From: an uncultured virus (IMG/VR IMGVR_UViG_3300044706_000059)
Lineage: Duplodnaviria; Heunggongvirae; Uroviricota; Caudoviricetes; Crassvirales
Direction: 5' to 3' (one strand)
DNA length: 64,000 bases
IMG/VR virus record: IMGVR_UViG_3300044706_000059
Coordinates: 1-64,000 of that record
The notes beneath the pieces were generated by a model that saw only the letters and a list, made by a program, of their open reading frames with translations, was not told where the DNA came from and searched no databases. Positions 7,940 to 17,224 of this stretch are shown one piece after another. A program made the translations under genes and the position numbers. How positions within the stretch are numbered: the first letter of the stretch is position 1; each line of letters begins with the position of its first letter.

Positions 7940-8084
7940 TTCCCGGAGGGGGGCCAGTACCTTCATATATACTGGCCGGAGGTTAATCAATAACACACAA
8001 CTTCTTCATTTACTAATTCAGTTTCATCAAGATTAGTATCACATTGAGCAAAAAGTGAATAGTGATATACTAAATCAACGGGAA
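7940..8084 (-). ncRNA. Structured RNA module J (first in transcription order)
   Basis: TTCCCG/CGGGAA closing stem; GGCCAGTA/TACTGGCC hairpin; 3' tail shared with module E. Confidence 0.45.
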
Positions 8085-8104
8085 ATCCTGCTAACCAATA
8101 ATAT

Positions 8105-8368
8105 TCATTCAAAATGTGCTTTTAAAATATCAAGATCATATTGATCAATATTCGCCTTTACACATACTTCAAGTGTGCCTATACCAGATTTAAATGCCTC
8201 TCTAACTTCAGTTGATATCCCGTGACTTTGAATAATGGTTGCAAGACAACATGCGTATCCTTGTATAAAAGTGTTTTTTATTAGATTGCATCCGCTTATG
8301 CAATAATTCCGGCTTTTGCCACAATTACACTTATAAGCTACAATACCTTCTGATTCTAGAGTTTTCAT
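8105..8368 (-). CDS. Hypothetical Cys-rich phage protein
   Basis: Operonic ORF directly upstream of the RNA array. Confidence 0.6.
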   Translation of the reverse strand: MKTLESEGIVAYKCNCGKSRNYCISGCNLIKNTFIQGYACCLATIIQSHGISTEVREAFKSGIGTLEVCVKANIDQYDLDILKAHFE

Positions 8369-8371
8369 TAC

Positions 8372-8617
8372 TTAATTTTTAAACTGTCCGGAGGTTACTT
8401 GATCTTGAACAATTTCATTTTCATCAATATCTGAACAAGGAATAAATAATTCCGAATTATAAACAATTCCCAAATCATGCATGAGTTCATACCATAAGAC
8501 ATCATCTTCATCAATTTCTTCGTCAACCACATTATATACTTCACCAAATTTTAAATTAAATGGTGCTTCGTCAGGGCTGAATCCATCAGGAGATGTATTT
8601 ATGCACATTACTTTCAT
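8372..8617 (-). CDS. Hypothetical protein (MKVMCI..LKFGEVYNV, SH3-like)
   Basis: Pattern typical of small phage beta-barrel proteins. Confidence 0.6.
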   Translation of the reverse strand: MKVMCINTSPDGFSPDEAPFNLKFGEVYNVVDEEIDEDDVLWYELMHDLGIVYNSELFIPCSDIDENEIVQDQVTSGQFKN

Positions 8618-8618
8618 A

Positions 8619-8906
8619 CTATAAAAAGTTTTTAAACAGTTCTTCTTTGTTTAACATTGAAATATCACCGCGTTCTGATCTTACCATAAACACATCTTCT
8701 CCACTATCACTTTTACCACATATAATTCCTTTCTGAGCCATGTAGGTAAGTAGTTCTAAACAGGTTTGTTCCATATAATAATCCATTGCATTTAATGCTG
8801 CCTGTTTAAATGCTAACGGAAATTCTTTAGGATTAATACTCGATGTACCTAACTCTGCTGTCCAAACAGTATGTTGTTCGTTTAATATTTCCTCTTTAGT
8901 TTTCAT
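8619..8906 (-). CDS. Hypothetical protein (AMDYY module, related to 4686..4943)
   Basis: Shared short motif; operonic. Confidence 0.6.
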   Translation of the reverse strand: MKTKEEILNEQHTVWTAELGTSSINPKEFPLAFKQAALNAMDYYMEQTCLELLTYMAQKGIICGKSDSGEDVFMVRSERGDISMLNKEELFKNFL

Positions 8907-9130
8907 TTACCTTTTGATTTCTTCTTTGAATTAATAGACCTAAGTAATACATTGGACATAGCGGTTGAATAGCTTTTGGCTCCATCTTCAAAACATATTG
9001 AATGATCTATAAGAACCATTTCCATGTATGCCTTTACTGACATTCGGTTTTCGATTGCATTATTAGATAATATACGCAATGTATTTTCCGGTATATCAAT
9101 TAGCTTTCTTATCTCATTCCCTTTCTTCAT
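8903..9130 (-). CDS. RHH-like DNA-binding protein (start revised to ATG at 9130)
   Basis: RKLIDIPENTLRILSNNAIENRMSVKAYMEMVL; a TATTTTTG -7 box lies just upstream of 9130. Confidence 0.55.
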   Translation of the reverse strand: MKKGNEIRKLIDIPENTLRILSNNAIENRMSVKAYMEMVLIDHSICFEDGAKSYSTAMSNVLLRSINSKKKSKGK

Positions 9131-9217
9131 ATGCCAAAAATATATACAAACTATATAGAAACAAAATTTATTTTTCACTGATTTTTAAAATACCCAATTA
9201 ATGGTATTCAAATAGAA

Positions 9218-9256
9218 AAAGCCGGACACAGATTCGACTATTATCTGCCCGGCTTT
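9218..9256 (-). terminator. Terminator-like hairpin after 9297..9548
   Basis: AAAGCCGG/CCGGCTTT stem with a T-run on minus. Confidence 0.5.
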
Positions 9257-9296
9257 GGCGGCTAAAATTGAATATATTATGAACGATAATAAAAAA

Positions 9297-9548
9297 CTAG
9301 TTCAATTCTGGGATTGTTTCATCTACTTCATCTTCTGGTACTCCTGCGTTATGTGGTAATACTAGAAATACTTCTTCTCCTTCATTTTCCATGTTTTCGT
9401 CTGGGCCCAATTTACTTATGCCAGTATTATCAGGACACGCCGGCGCGAAAGCAAACATACCTGGTTTCAAATGGTTTTCCACCATGACCATTACTTCTAA
9501 TTCGTCGGTTTCAGGTGTTAATAACGCACGTAGTTCTTTACCTTTCAT
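9297..9548 (-). CDS. Hypothetical acidic protein
   Basis: 83-aa ORF with A-rich leader. Confidence 0.6.
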   Translation of the reverse strand: MKGKELRALLTPETDELEVMVMVENHLKPGMFAFAPACPDNTGISKLGPDENMENEGEEVFLVLPHNAGVPEDEVDETIPELN

Positions 9549-9616
9549 AACTATTTTTTATTGAAGGTAGTTTATTTAACTGTTCGGTAATTCCTAAGTG
9601 TTCAGTTTACAGAGGC

Positions 9617-9644
9617 TCTCTTAATGTCTCTTAAACTCTCTTAA
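9617..9644. repeat. Three TCTCTTAA direct repeats with 10-bp period
   Basis: Copies start at 9617, 9627 and 9637. Confidence 0.7.
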
Positions 9645-9816
9645 AAAGTAGAAAAAGTATAGAATAAGGATACTATTGTATGCTTATTTTAAACGTATAG
9701 TTGCTTGAATTGGTCAGGGCATATCAAATATAACCCTAACTACTCGAAATAAAAAAAGGCTCCGCTGACTGTTAATACAAACCTACAGGGAGCCTATGAC
9801 GGAACTTTCAAAACCG

Positions 9817-10254
9817 TCAGTCTCTTTCGCCACTTGCAAATGAAATCTGGATGCTTGAAGTCCAACCCTTACCGAATGTGCCATCCAGCGCTGACAATAA
9901 GGCTTCGGCTACTTTATGAGAGCCTTTCTTTGATTGCAATTGTTTAATAAGTTCATCCTTAATAGCTTGAGAATTTGTTTTTATTTGCTCAATAAGCTCT
10001 TTTTTTACTTCTTCCTGAATGATTTTAGTAACGTGATAATCGAGCCATGTGTGTTTATTATCGCTTTCATAGCGATTCACTTGCCCGTTAGAATCAACTT
10101 TAGTGTTGCATATCTGATGAATAACACCGGCTACTATTTTTTCAGAACCGCCCAATGCCGCTAAAACTGCTTCTTGAATTTTTGCGGCAACAATAGGCTG
10201 TGTTACTTCATTTGGAATTGAAAGATTCACCAATGATGAATTGTGTGTTGACAT
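9817..10254 (-). CDS. Hypothetical phage protein
   Basis: 145-aa ORF; promoter-like TTG..TATATTG upstream; AGGCTCC/GGAGCCT hairpin downstream. Confidence 0.7.
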   Translation of the reverse strand: MSTHNSSLVNLSIPNEVTQPIVAAKIQEAVLAALGGSEKIVAGVIHQICNTKVDSNGQVNRYESDNKHTWLDYHVTKIIQEEVKKELIEQIKTNSQAIKDELIKQLQSKKGSHKVAEALLSALDGTFGKGWTSSIQISFASGERD

Positions 10255-10430
10255 TTTGAAAGTTTTTAATTGTTAATAAATGAGCCTGCAATATAACACC
10301 AACTAACACCCAAATGCAAGAGTACTTTTACTCGATCGTAGCCAATAAAACGTTAATTGACATATATCAAAGGTTACCGACATTTATGTCGTCAACATAT
10401 CACACAACCTTGATAATAAAACCACACAAC

Positions 10431-10631
10431 CTAACTAGTGTGGGTTGTGTGGTTTTCATTCATAAGCCACTTTAAACGGTCAAGATATCTTTCTAATTCT
10501 TCCCGGGTTGGCACTTTTTCATATTTTGGCCTTTCATGAAATTGGTTACCACCACAAGTATGCGGTATAGCTTTTCGTGTCTTCACACCATCCCGGGCGA
10601 AGGAACACGCTTGACAAAAGGTGCTTTTCAT
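10431..10631 (-). CDS. Small Cys/His protein (CQAC..HTC)
   Basis: 66-aa ORF with a zinc-ligand pattern. Confidence 0.55.
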   Translation of the reverse strand: MKSTFCQACSFARDGVKTRKAIPHTCGGNQFHERPKYEKVPTREELERYLDRLKWLMNENHTTHTS

Positions 10632-11335
10632 ACTATAGATAAATGCATTCAGGTTACAAAGGTTACCAACCAGGGCAATAAATATTTTCTACCACGGCGC
10701 TCATTCGAGCACCATACCCATTAAATGCAGTGCCCAATATCTCACAAAATAGCCCATAAAAAAGCCATAACCAATTGACCGACACTAAGTAAATAGCGTG
10801 CCCAAAACCCACCAATCCAGTTAAAACAACTCAGCACTTTCATTAAACATCAGCAACTAACCCTGGTTGACGGTAGGCGCGTTTGACAGCAGGGCCTCGG
10901 GCATGGGGTTTCGGAAAACTATAAGTCAATCCCGGTTTTTGCCGGTAAGGGATCGTTTTTAAAGTGCTATTGCCGTGATATGTGGTTGTCGCTGCGCGTA
11001 GCCTGCGATATTCTATTGTAGTTGCTATTCAGTGTTATCTACGCAATTAATATCAGGTGCTGGTATTGAAGACGTGGTGGGGCTACAGGGGGAAATTAAC
11101 CGCGTACAGCCACCGTTGGAAGATACCCCCGCCTCCACAGCGGAGCCGCCACCTTGGGGGAAGTCATCTTGCTGACTCGGGTGGCTCATGTTTCACTTCC
11201 TGGATTGTATGTAATGTTTTTTGCCATGGTTTTGATGGTCAATGGGTTATGGGCTAAGACTATTTTGGATGAGGAGGGTAATGATAGTATGAGTTGTTTG
11301 TTGTTCCTTTTGTATTGTATAGCGGGAGGTGGGGA

Positions 11336-11478
11336 TTAGCGTAAAAGAAAGAAGATTTGGGGAGAATGATAACGTAAAAAAGTTTGGCTAGCGTAAAGGA
11401 TTAGCGTAAATTAGCGTAAGAAATGAACTAATTTATTAACGCTAAAAATTACGGTAACTTAAATTATGATTACGGTAA
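11336..11478. repeat. Cluster of TTAGCGTAA-type repeats
   Basis: Direct copies at 11336, 11369 (variant), 11388, 11401, 11411; inverted variant at 11437; ATTACGGTAA at 11448 and 11469. Confidence 0.75.
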
Positions 11479-12650
11479 ATTGTATTGAATGCGGCAAAAC
11501 TTTCGACGCTCAACGCTCATCTGCAAAATTTTGTTCCCCTAATTGCAGGGTGAAATGGAACAATAAACCTGAAAACAAAGATAAACCTGAAGAAATCGAA
11601 GAAATACAAAAATCGGAGCCTAAAACTAAAATGGTAGTTACCCCAACAGAATTAAAAGAAGCCCCTTCTGAGGAAAGTTGGAAAGTAGTTAGGGATACTA
11701 TGGATAAGATAAATAAAGATTTTGGTGCCGGCTCAGTGATGATACTAGGAGACAAGCCTATGAAATCAATTGAATCCATCTCTACAGGCTCATTAGGCCT
11801 TGATAATGCATTAGGTATTGGCGGATTGCCTCGGGGCAGAATTGTTGAAATTTTCGGCCCTGAAAGCTCAGGAAAGACCACTTTAGCCATCCATATAATC
11901 TCAGAAGCCCAAAAAATGGGCTTGAAATGCTTTATAGTGGATGCTGAACATGCATTTGACCCTACTTATGCTGAATCTTTAGGGGTAAAAATTGATGAAC
12001 TAGGTATTTCGCAGCCAGATTATGGAGAACAAGCCCTTGAAATAGCTGATAGAATGATACTTACAGGGCAATATGCAGTAGTAATTATTGATAGTGTGGC
12101 CGCTTTAACCCCGAAATCTGAACTTGAGGGTGAAATGGGGGACAGCAAAATGGGTTTACATCCCCGATTAATGGGTCAAGCATGCAGAAAAATGACCGCA
12201 ACAGTTTCAAAAACAAATACTTTACTCATATTCATTAATCAAGTTCGCCAAACTATTGGGAATATGTATGGCCCATCTGAATTTACTCCTGGTGGCAATG
12301 CATTGAAATTCTTCTCATCTGTGCGTATTGACATCAGATGTAATGCCCTCTTAAAAGATGGAGAAGATGTATTTGGCCGAAGGTCAAAAGTAAAAGTTGT
12401 AAAAAGTAAAGTAGCCCCACCTTTTAAAAACTGTGAATTTGATATAATCTATGGCGAAGGGATTGACAAAATAGGAGAATTGATCGAAATAGCAGCAAAC
12501 TTACAGGTAATTCAAAAAGCTGGTAGCTGGTATAGTTATCATGAATCTAAACTAGGTCAAGGGAAACAACAAGTAAAAGAAATGCTGAAAGATCATGAAC
12601 CTTTACTTAATGAGATCACTCTAAAAGTGAAAGAAAAGATTAATAACTAG
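11466..12650 (+). CDS. recA: RecA recombinase with an N-terminal C4 zinc finger
   Basis: GPESSGKTT Walker [36 protein letters not shown]-terminal [15 protein letters not shown]. Confidence 0.95.
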   Translation: MITVNCIECGKTFDAQRSSAKFCSPNCRVKWNNKPENKDKPEEIEEIQKSEPKTKMVVTPTELKEAPSEESWKVVRDTMDKINKDFGAGSVMILGDKPMKSIESISTGSLGLDNALGIGGLPRGRIVEIFGPESSGKTTLAIHIISEAQKMGLKCFIVDAEHAFDPTYAESLGVKIDELGISQPDYGEQALEIADRMILTGQYAVVIIDSVAALTPKSELEGEMGDSKMGLHPRLMGQACRKMTATVSKTNTLLIFINQVRQTIGNMYGPSEFTPGGNALKFFSSVRIDIRCNALLKDGEDVFGRRSKVKVVKSKVAPPFKNCEFDIIYGEGIDKIGELIEIAANLQVIQKAGSWYSYHESKLGQGKQQVKEMLKDHEPLLNEITLKVKEKINN

Positions 12651-12746
12651 AACTACTTAATATGAAAAAAGGCTGTTCCTAGTACATCTTAGTGCTTTCT
12701 CTTTTCTGTCTTATGTGCCACTTTTGTTGTAATTAAAACCATTTAA

Positions 12747-13112
12747 ATGATTGATAAAAAAGAACTTAGAATAGGTAACTGGATTCTTTCTCCAAAAGGT
12801 GAACCATTTCAGGTTTACGCCGAAATATTCAATGATATTGAAATGGGAATTAACTTCATGCCTATTCTATTAACTCAGGAGCATTTAGAAAAAATTGGGA
12901 TGATTAAAAGGTTTCCTTCACCTGACTGTAATATTTGGGATATTAAAGAAGAACTAAGGCCTCTTCCTACAAGAAATAAAACTTTTACTTTAGCTCTTAT
13001 AGATAGAGGTTGGATTTATCCTACAGCACCAGGAGCAGTTCCATTTCAGTATTTACACCAATTGCAAAACCTTTATTACGCATTAACAGGACAAGAACTA
13101 GAACTACATTAA
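12747..13112 (+). CDS. Conserved phage protein (ELRIGN...YLHQLQNLY family)
   Basis: Paralogous to 17592..18002. Confidence 0.7.
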   Translation: MIDKKELRIGNWILSPKGEPFQVYAEIFNDIEMGINFMPILLTQEHLEKIGMIKRFPSPDCNIWDIKEELRPLPTRNKTFTLALIDRGWIYPTAPGAVPFQYLHQLQNLYYALTGQELELH

Positions 13113-13270
13113 CCTAATTAAATTGTTTTTCAATGAATTGCACATATTCCTTTCCATTTGAAACGTATAGCGATACAATGATTAAATTTCATATCGAAGT
13201 AGTAAAAGCTCAACGATGGGACTTAACTACGGATAGCCGATTAACAACTGTTTATTGCTTAAACTAAACC

Positions 13271-13591
13271 ATGCACATGAACCCTTCTTTAAACATTAAA
13301 GACTTTGAAAAACTAAATTATAAACAATACCATTTAAAAATGGAAGATGAAAATAATGTATGGTCAGTGCGATACAGAAAGTCTCTCAATCCTCATTACT
13401 ATGATGAAATAGAAGTACACTGGTTTTGTGGGACTTGTCGTTATTCAATATATAGACAAACTCAACGATTACAAAATATACCATTATTTGAAGGTTTTTT
13501 ACGTACTGTAGATGACCTTCTTTTCTTAGAAACCCTTTTTGACTTAACAAAATTTTATGAGCCATTACCGAAACAACAAACAACTAAATAA
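13271..13591 (+). CDS. Hypothetical phage protein
   Basis: Operonic ORF. Confidence 0.6.
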   Translation: MHMNPSLNIKDFEKLNYKQYHLKMEDENNVWSVRYRKSLNPHYYDEIEVHWFCGTCRYSIYRQTQRLQNIPLFEGFLRTVDDLLFLETLFDLTKFYEPLPKQQTTK

Positions 13592-13599
13592 CTATTACA

Positions 13600-13920
13600 A
13601 TGAGATTCATTGCTGAGTTTATATTTGATGACGGGGCTAAACCAACTGAAACCACAATCAATTATCGAAAAGAAATGCGAGATGACGCATTAGGACAAGC
13701 CATAAGAAACTCATTCGGATTTCAAAATCCGGTCAACGGAAATCATTTACATCATAGATTGGAAATAGAAGCCTTCCCTATGGATAAATGGATAGAGTTT
13801 AAAAGTAAAATATTTGATGCCGCTGCAAATGGTACTCTTGGAGGACTTATGTTTCTACATGCAGTAAAAGAACTTGAATCATTTGGTAAACCAGCAGGAG
13901 CAACAAAAGAACAATTATGA
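13600..13920 (+). CDS. Hypothetical phage protein
   Basis: Operonic ORF. Confidence 0.6.
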   Translation: MRFIAEFIFDDGAKPTETTINYRKEMRDDALGQAIRNSFGFQNPVNGNHLHHRLEIEAFPMDKWIEFKSKIFDAAANGTLGGLMFLHAVKELESFGKPAGATKEQL

Positions 13921-14237
13921 TATACAAACAAAATGTAACCATACCATCTTCAAACCAAGTTGTTGAACTTACTGTATCTCCTTGTATTAAATGTGATTGC
14001 GATGATATACATATTGAGGAATATGAGGATAACTTTGGGTATATTTCCACTGCAAAATGCAAGTATTGCAACCAAGAAATAAAATCAAATACATCATTAT
14101 CGGGAGTTATAAAAAAATGGAACGAATCAAATAATATTATTCTAGTCATAGCTGATAGAAAACGCCTTATAAAAGAGTATCAAACAGAAATTAAATCCTT
14201 AAAAAGCAAATTAAACAACCGAAAACATAGACCTTGA
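13917..14237 (+). CDS. Zinc-ribbon protein, Lar (restriction alleviation)-like pattern
   Basis: PCIKC...KCKYC...KKWN. Confidence 0.5.
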   Translation: MIYKQNVTIPSSNQVVELTVSPCIKCDCDDIHIEEYEDNFGYISTAKCKYCNQEIKSNTSLSGVIKKWNESNNIILVIADRKRLIKEYQTEIKSLKSKLNNRKHRP

Positions 14238-14274
14238 AGTAATAAACAAACAATCATAGTAAATACTATTAGTT

Positions 14275-14586
14275 ATGAATGATATACAAGTAATGTCTCT
14301 TACAACCATTAGACCATACATTACCGTAAAAAGCCCCGTTAATGGACTAAATTTTTACCATTATTTACATATTAAAGGTGGTGCCGGTGGTTTTTATAGA
14401 AGAGATTTAGGTGGCGAATTTGACTTTATTCTATACTATTCTTCGCCTGATCAAGATGAAAAAATGGGAGATATATGCCCGCGAATAGCTTGCAGGGAGC
14501 TAAATATACCTTGTGGTGAGGGTAGTACTATAGAAGAAGCCCATGAAGATTTTCTTAAGAAACTTAAAAAGAACCCCATTAAATGA
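14275..14586 (+). CDS. Hypothetical protein with HicB-like C-terminus
   Basis: GEGSTIEEAHEDF. Confidence 0.45.
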   Translation: MNDIQVMSLTTIRPYITVKSPVNGLNFYHYLHIKGGAGGFYRRDLGGEFDFILYYSSPDQDEKMGDICPRIACRELNIPCGEGSTIEEAHEDFLKKLKKNPIK

Positions 14587-14804
14587 CAATACAAGTAGGA
14601 GATAGGGTAAAACTCATTGGGAAAGCAAAACAATGGACTATTAATAAAAATAAGGAACGCGTAGGCACAATAACTAGCGAGTGTAGAAATTGTTATAATG
14701 GAATTTGTTACCGAGTCCTTTTTGACGGTTTAAAAAGTAATCGCACAATTCATTTTTCATTTTTAGAAAAGATTCCTATAAATAATGAACCATTATTACA
14801 TTAA
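14583..14804 (+). CDS. Small SH3/KOW-like protein
   Basis: IQVGDRVK..GTI..YRVLFDG. Confidence 0.55.
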   Translation: MTIQVGDRVKLIGKAKQWTINKNKERVGTITSECRNCYNGICYRVLFDGLKSNRTIHFSFLEKIPINNEPLLH

Positions 14805-14827
14805 AACAGAACTTAAAACAATAGATT

Positions 14828-15720
14828 ATGAGCAATGGGAAAGAAAAAATGATGAGCAAGTTTTTTCAAACAATGTTTGAAGTGAATATGGCACGTACTT
14901 ATGTTGGGCTAAATGAAAAAGGTGAAGTTGAAGCTAGAGCATTAACCAGTGAAGAACTATTGAAACTTAGTGATTTATACGATAATCCTAATGAAATACC
15001 TGACGAATATACCATATATACAGAGAAAGATGTAGACAATACTAACTCCTAAACAATTAACTGATGAAAAATAAAAATGAAGTAATTGAATCACTAATAA
15101 AAGAAATCCAAAACGAATCCTTTGCATTCTCTGAAATGGCGTTTAATGACAAAAACCTTGTCAAAAGTGGCGCATCCTATCAAGACGTTATAAACGTATT
15201 CTTATATAAGAAACTAGCTGAATTTGAATGTCGATTACGGAAGCTGGAACTAGATAATATTTGTAGAACAGATAATGTTATTGGAGGGTAATATTTATGG
15301 AACTAGTAATAAAACACCTAGAAAATGAACTTAAAAAGGAAGAACAGGAGATCCAATATACTAAGATCATGGAAGGATTTAGAGATACTGAAATGGAGGT
15401 AATCACAAATAGAAATCCATATAATCCAGAATACTACAGACAAATTGAAAAAGCCATTAAAATACTCTCACTTAAACGTTGGGAAACACACTAATTAAAT
15501 GATAGTTTATCAATTCCTTTACTGTGATAATACCTGGGAATCAGGCTTCATGACAATGAGCCTTCATCTTTCAAAATCTGGTGCCTATAAAGCAATGAGA
15601 ACTCATTTATTGAACAGTTACCATAATTGGTATTCTGGAAGTACAAAGAATTTCCGTAAATCATGTTTGTTCGGTAAACACCAAGAATGGAAAGTGAGCC
15701 CTATCGAGATTCAACCATAA
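14828..15720 (+). other. Four short hypothetical ORFs (14828..15052, 15064..15291, 15297..15494, 15499..15720)
   Basis: Tightly packed co-oriented ORFs. Confidence 0.55.
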
Positions 15721-15728
15721 AAAATGAA

Positions 15729-15748
15729 CCCCGCCTAAATAAGCGGGG
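15729..15748. terminator. Hairpin between convergent operons
   Basis: CCCCGC/GCGGGG followed by CTTTCTTT. Confidence 0.6.
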
Positions 15749-15936
15749 CTTTCTTTAACCCTTAAAACAACCAACATGAAAAAAATCATTTATTGTTTTC
15801 CTCGTCAATCTTATCCAAAGCTGCCATCACTATACCAATAATTTCATAGTACCTATCTTTCTTTTCTCCTAAATAGTCATTTTCATCAAGCTCTGTATGA
15901 ATGGCTTTGCTAATTTCTGATCTACTATATTTTATT

Positions 15937-16278
15937 TCACTCATTCCCTTTGGATTTAAACGAATTATAAGCCGAATTACCGGTAAGATATTTCTCTTTG
16001 TGATTATCTTCAATTTCTTTTTCTGAACCGTCTTTATTGACTACAGTGAGTGAAATATGGGTTTTGTGATAATCTAGTGGTGGCTGGATGTTGTTTATTT
16101 TAATGTTGTCAATGTAGCTTTTTGCTTCTTCCGCCGTGTCAAAATGTTCGCCGCCCCAACTAAAACCTATTAGTTCTTTTGTTATTAGGCAGCCATTATG
16201 CCTTATGTAAATGTCATCAACTAATCTGGCAAAGGATTCAGCCATATTTTCTCTCTTAGGAAGCATAGATTCCATCAT
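15937..16278 (-). CDS. Hypothetical phage protein
   Basis: 113-aa ORF, followed by overlapping 15786..16013. Confidence 0.5.
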   Translation of the reverse strand: MMESMLPKRENMAESFARLVDDIYIRHNGCLITKELIGFSWGGEHFDTAEEAKSYIDNIKINNIQPPLDYHKTHISLTVVNKDGSEKEIEDNHKEKYLTGNSAYNSFKSKGNE

Positions 16279-16359
16279 AAATATTTTCGTGGTTATAGAT
16301 TGTTATAGAATGGTAGGTCAGGGACATTCTACTAGGATGGGGTTGAGAATACATGAGTT

Positions 16360-16806
16360 TTAAAACTCCCTTAGTCCGGTAATTAACGTCACACAATATT
16401 TGCTATCTAGTACATCTATAATAGCGGTATTACCTGAATTTCCATAATTGGCTACCCAAATTGGGGTATTTTCATTCATTACAAAATCACCGCCTTTATA
16501 GCCTTCAAATGTGGCACCTACGGCATCTTGTAGCATTTTTAAAAATGCGGAGACTGACATATATTTCCCTGTAGTTTCAAAATTTAACGCTAATTCTGCA
16601 TAACTACCTCTCCAACTCATTAATTCAGTAGGAAAAAGGTATTCAAAATCATATTTGACTATTGGTTCGTCTTTTTCCTCCTTATATTTCTCTTTAATTT
16701 TAGTTATTCGTTCAATAAGTTCTCCTAGTGTTAACTGATCAGAATTTCGCATTCTTTCCTCTCTTGCTAACTGAATTGATTTATTTACATATTCTTGTAA
16801 ACCCAT
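16360..16806 (-). CDS. Conserved phage protein (SWRGSYAELA..FEGYKGGDF family)
   Basis: Recognisable phage motif. Confidence 0.7.
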   Translation of the reverse strand: MGLQEYVNKSIQLAREERMRNSDQLTLGELIERITKIKEKYKEEKDEPIVKYDFEYLFPTELMSWRGSYAELALNFETTGKYMSVSAFLKMLQDAVGATFEGYKGGDFVMNENTPIWVANYGNSGNTAIIDVLDSKYCVTLITGLREF

Positions 16807-16809
16807 AAA

Positions 16810-17079
16810 TTAATGTTTTTTAACTGTTGAATCCTTTTGTTTAGGTGGTGCTGATTGCATTTGAGTTTGAATCTGCTGGATTATAGAGTTTATTATTGGT
16901 GCTGATTGATCATACGGTAACTTACCCAGTCCATCTATGGTAGTTTGCCATGCTTCCTGTTGTAGTGTTACTGTATATACTTGTGGTGGCTTTATGGGCT
17001 TTAAGGAACCAATGTAATAAGCGCCGGCAGAACCAATTAAAATAGAGGAAATTAAGACTGTAAGAATTGTTTTTTTCAT
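16810..17079 (-). CDS. Small exported or membrane-anchored protein
   Basis: MKK + hydrophobic stretch + AGA; LGKLPYDQSAPIINSIIQQ core. Confidence 0.6.
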   Translation of the reverse strand: MKKTILTVLISSILIGSAGAYYIGSLKPIKPPQVYTVTLQQEAWQTTIDGLGKLPYDQSAPIINSIIQQIQTQMQSAPPKQKDSTVKKH

Positions 17080-17224
17080 TATTATTTGATTGTAGCAGTG
17101 TGAAATATGGTTTTTGTTCCTGGGAACCTATGATTTTTTGTGCCATCCTTTTTTAAAGGAGATTCGACAATGATTTGAGTAAATTCTTTACGGGTTAATT
17201 TCCCGCGTTTGTTTCTTTGCTTTT

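Noticed and set aside
7812..8036. 74-aa plus-strand ORF in the track
   Set aside because: Antisense to the operon, TTG start, crosses several RNA modules, no protein-like features
6692..8084. CRISPR array or other repeat-spacer guide array
   Set aside because: No constant direct repeat or regular spacer length; units are bounded by different inverted repeats; no cas-like gene is recognisable
11057..11339. Two plus-strand ORFs in the switch region
   Set aside because: Non-ATG starts and composition driven by G/T skew; likely spurious
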